A stretch of DNA of 40,944 nt from an uncultured Bacteroidota bacterium (lineage in GTDB: Bacteria > Bacteroidota > Bacteroidia > Flavobacteriales > Flavobacteriaceae): assembly GCA_903888655.1 (NCBI GenBank), contig CAISUR010000395.1, positions 1-40,944 of the forward strand. Reading direction: 5' to 3'. A program made the translations under genes and the position numbers. Every line of letters begins with the position of its first letter. Within the stretch, counting starts at the first letter, position 1. The notes under the pieces are model-generated. The model was given only the letters and a program-made list of their open reading frames with translations. It was not told the DNA's origin and did not search any database. This document shows positions 39,547 through 40,944 of the stretch, piece by piece.

Positions 39547-39790
39547 ATGATTGAGAAGTGCTGATTTGTAAGTTGTGAATTCGATCGCCGATTCTAATGA
39601 CATACAAGCGGAAATTAAACTGAAAAGCAGTCAATCAGCAGCGTTTACTTATACAAACTTCTCAATACTATCAAACGTACGATATAATATCGTGTCGCTT
39701 TGATTCTTGAAAAGCTATACCTAGTTTTTTATGAAAATATTTTTTTTCTACAGAGATTTATTGGTATGTTTGGTATTAAATATAGTATAC

Positions 39791-39835
39791 ATGCAAGCAA
39801 AACCATTTTTGAAATGGGCTGATGGTAAGAAATAG
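39791..39835 (+). pseudogene. 5' stump of a Dam/DpnM-family DNA adenine methyltransferase
   Basis: ATG CAA GCA AAA CCA TTT TTG AAA TGG GCT GAT GGT AAG AAA TAG = MQAKPFLKWADGKK*, one base (GGT>GAT) from the KPFLKWAGGK N-terminal signature of Dam-family MTases. Confidence 0.75.
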
Positions 39836-39859
39836 TTAAAATCAAAATAAAAAACATCA

Positions 39860-40627
39860 ATGAATTTAAATTTTAATTTAAAGTTGGCGGATGGTTACAA
39901 AAGCAATTCACAAATTGCTAGAGTTTTAACTGAAAACTGGGTTAAAGAGAATTCATATTGTCCAAATTGTGGTCAATTACCTTTGAATGATTTTGAAAAC
40001 AATATGCCTGTAGCCGATTTTTATTGTCTAGCTTGTAAAGAAGAATTTGAATTAAAAAGTAAAAATGGTAAATTAAGTGCAATCATTAATGATGGTGCTT
40101 ATGATAGCATGATTAAAAGGATAACATCTGACACCAACCCAAATTTTTTCTTTTTGACTTACGATAAAAGTGTAGTAAATAATTTTTTAGTAATTCCGAA
40201 ACAATTTTTCACTCCAGATATTATTATTAAACGCAAACCATTATCTGAAACTGCAAAACGAGCAGGTTGGATTGGTTGTAATATAGATATTTCAAAAGTT
40301 CCTGAAAATGGTAGAATATTTATAGTTGAAAATTCAAGAATAATTGAAAAAGAAAAAGTACAAATAAGATTGAAGAGCACTGATTTTTTAAAATCTAAAA
40401 GTATAGAATCTAGAGGCTGGATTCTAGATATATTAAAATGTGTTGAAGAAATCAAAAAACAATCTTTTACTTTAGAAGAATTATATGCTTTTGAAAATAA
40501 ATTGAAAGTTAAATATCCAAATAATAATCATATCAAAGACAAAATTCGTCAGCAATTACAGTTTTTAAGAGATAAAGGTCTGATTGAATTTAATGGAAGA
40601 GGAAATTATAGAAAAATCGAACTATGA
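39860..40627 (+). CDS. DpnI-family (Dam-replacing) methyl-directed restriction endonuclease
   Basis: 255 aa. YKSNSQIARVLTENWV, zinc ligands CPNCG and C..C, PD-(D/E)xK-like ADF...ELKSK, DGAY, RKPLS.TAKRAGW.GC, and C-terminal winged helix YPNNNHIKDKIRQQLQFLRDKGLIEF.GRG.Y. Confidence 0.92.
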   Translation: MNLNFNLKLADGYKSNSQIARVLTENWVKENSYCPNCGQLPLNDFENNMPVADFYCLACKEEFELKSKNGKLSAIINDGAYDSMIKRITSDTNPNFFFLTYDKSVVNNFLVIPKQFFTPDIIIKRKPLSETAKRAGWIGCNIDISKVPENGRIFIVENSRIIEKEKVQIRLKSTDFLKSKSIESRGWILDILKCVEEIKKQSFTLEELYAFENKLKVKYPNNNHIKDKIRQQLQFLRDKGLIEFNGRGNYRKIEL

Positions 40628-40833
40628 AAAAATATATATTTATTTCGCCCGAAGGAGAAACAATAGCTCCTAATGGAAATGAAGTTGAAAATATGCAAGT
40701 AATAGGTATTGTTGAAAATGTTACTAATGAAAATGAAGCATTAAAAAAACTTTTACTTGAAAATGAGTGGATAATTGATGCGGAATTTAATATTGCGGAA
40801 TTCATTTGCTATGAAATAAATTATTCCCGTTAG
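40624..40833 (+). CDS. Small acidic hypothetical protein coupled to the DpnI gene
   Basis: 69 aa with an ATGA start/stop overlap at 40624-40627. Contains 13 D/E against 5 K/R. Confidence 0.7.
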   Translation: MKKYIFISPEGETIAPNGNEVENMQVIGIVENVTNENEALKKLLLENEWIIDAEFNIAEFICYEINYSR

Positions 40834-40944
40834 GGATTTAATATTGGTAGAATTTCAATTAATAGGAAACAAATTAATCTCGTTAGGAATTTAATATTGC
40901 GGAATTCATTTGCTATGAAACAAATTAATCCCGTTAGGGATTTA
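40782..40944. repeat. Tandem palindromic repeat array (51-53 bp period), truncated by the window end
   Basis: A ~29-bp repeat aaattaatcccgttagggatttaatattg occurs at 40818-40846, 40871-40899 and 40922-end, separated by 24-nt and 22-nt segments. 40782-40832 is nearly identical to 40886-40936. Confidence 0.85.

Noticed and set aside
1893-40805. Other short antisense or nested ORFs in the track (e.g. 1893-2147, 4559-4765, 5811-7373, 13410-13715, 14365-15727, 22276-22587, 23158-25051, 26207-34188, 40159-40805)
   Set aside because: They overlap well-supported genes and show no independent motifs or expression signals.
40818-40944. Calling the terminal array a CRISPR
   Set aside because: Fewer than three full repeats are visible, they differ at several positions, the spacers are 22-24 nt with one copied from the adjacent gene, and no cas gene or leader is in view. 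Kept as a repeat instead.

Overview
AT-rich chromosomal window from a Flavobacterium-like member of the Bacteroidota. The evidence is the porU-porV/gldJ type IX secretion and gliding locus, T9SS cargo proteins, and a TAnnTTTG -7 promoter box in front of many genes. Most of the window is housekeeping: hutU (partial), hemL, pdhC-pdhA, cdd, porV-porU, gldJ, murF, miaE, murI, a pseudouridine synthase, mscS, tsaB, an efflux adaptor plus TolC, saccharopine dehydrogenase, pckA, hemD, a polyprenol-phosphate mannose synthase and dihydroorotase. Four things stand out. (1) At the right end, a 14-codon stump of a Dam-family adenine methylase (MQAKPFLKWADGKK*) sits directly upstream of an intact DpnI/Dam-replacing endonuclease. 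That gene is translationally coupled to a small acidic protein, whose 3' end is copied into a palindromic repeat-spacer array that runs off the window. (2) A 2.3-kb cassette of T9SS genes between mscS and tsaB is bounded by inverted arms of a dispersed repeat. (3) murI is frameshifted at an A7 run. (4) Two linkers of pdhC contain 7-bp periodic DNA repeats. I saw no rRNA, tRNA, transposase, integrase or cas gene. Family assignments come from recognising motifs by eye, not from database searches.
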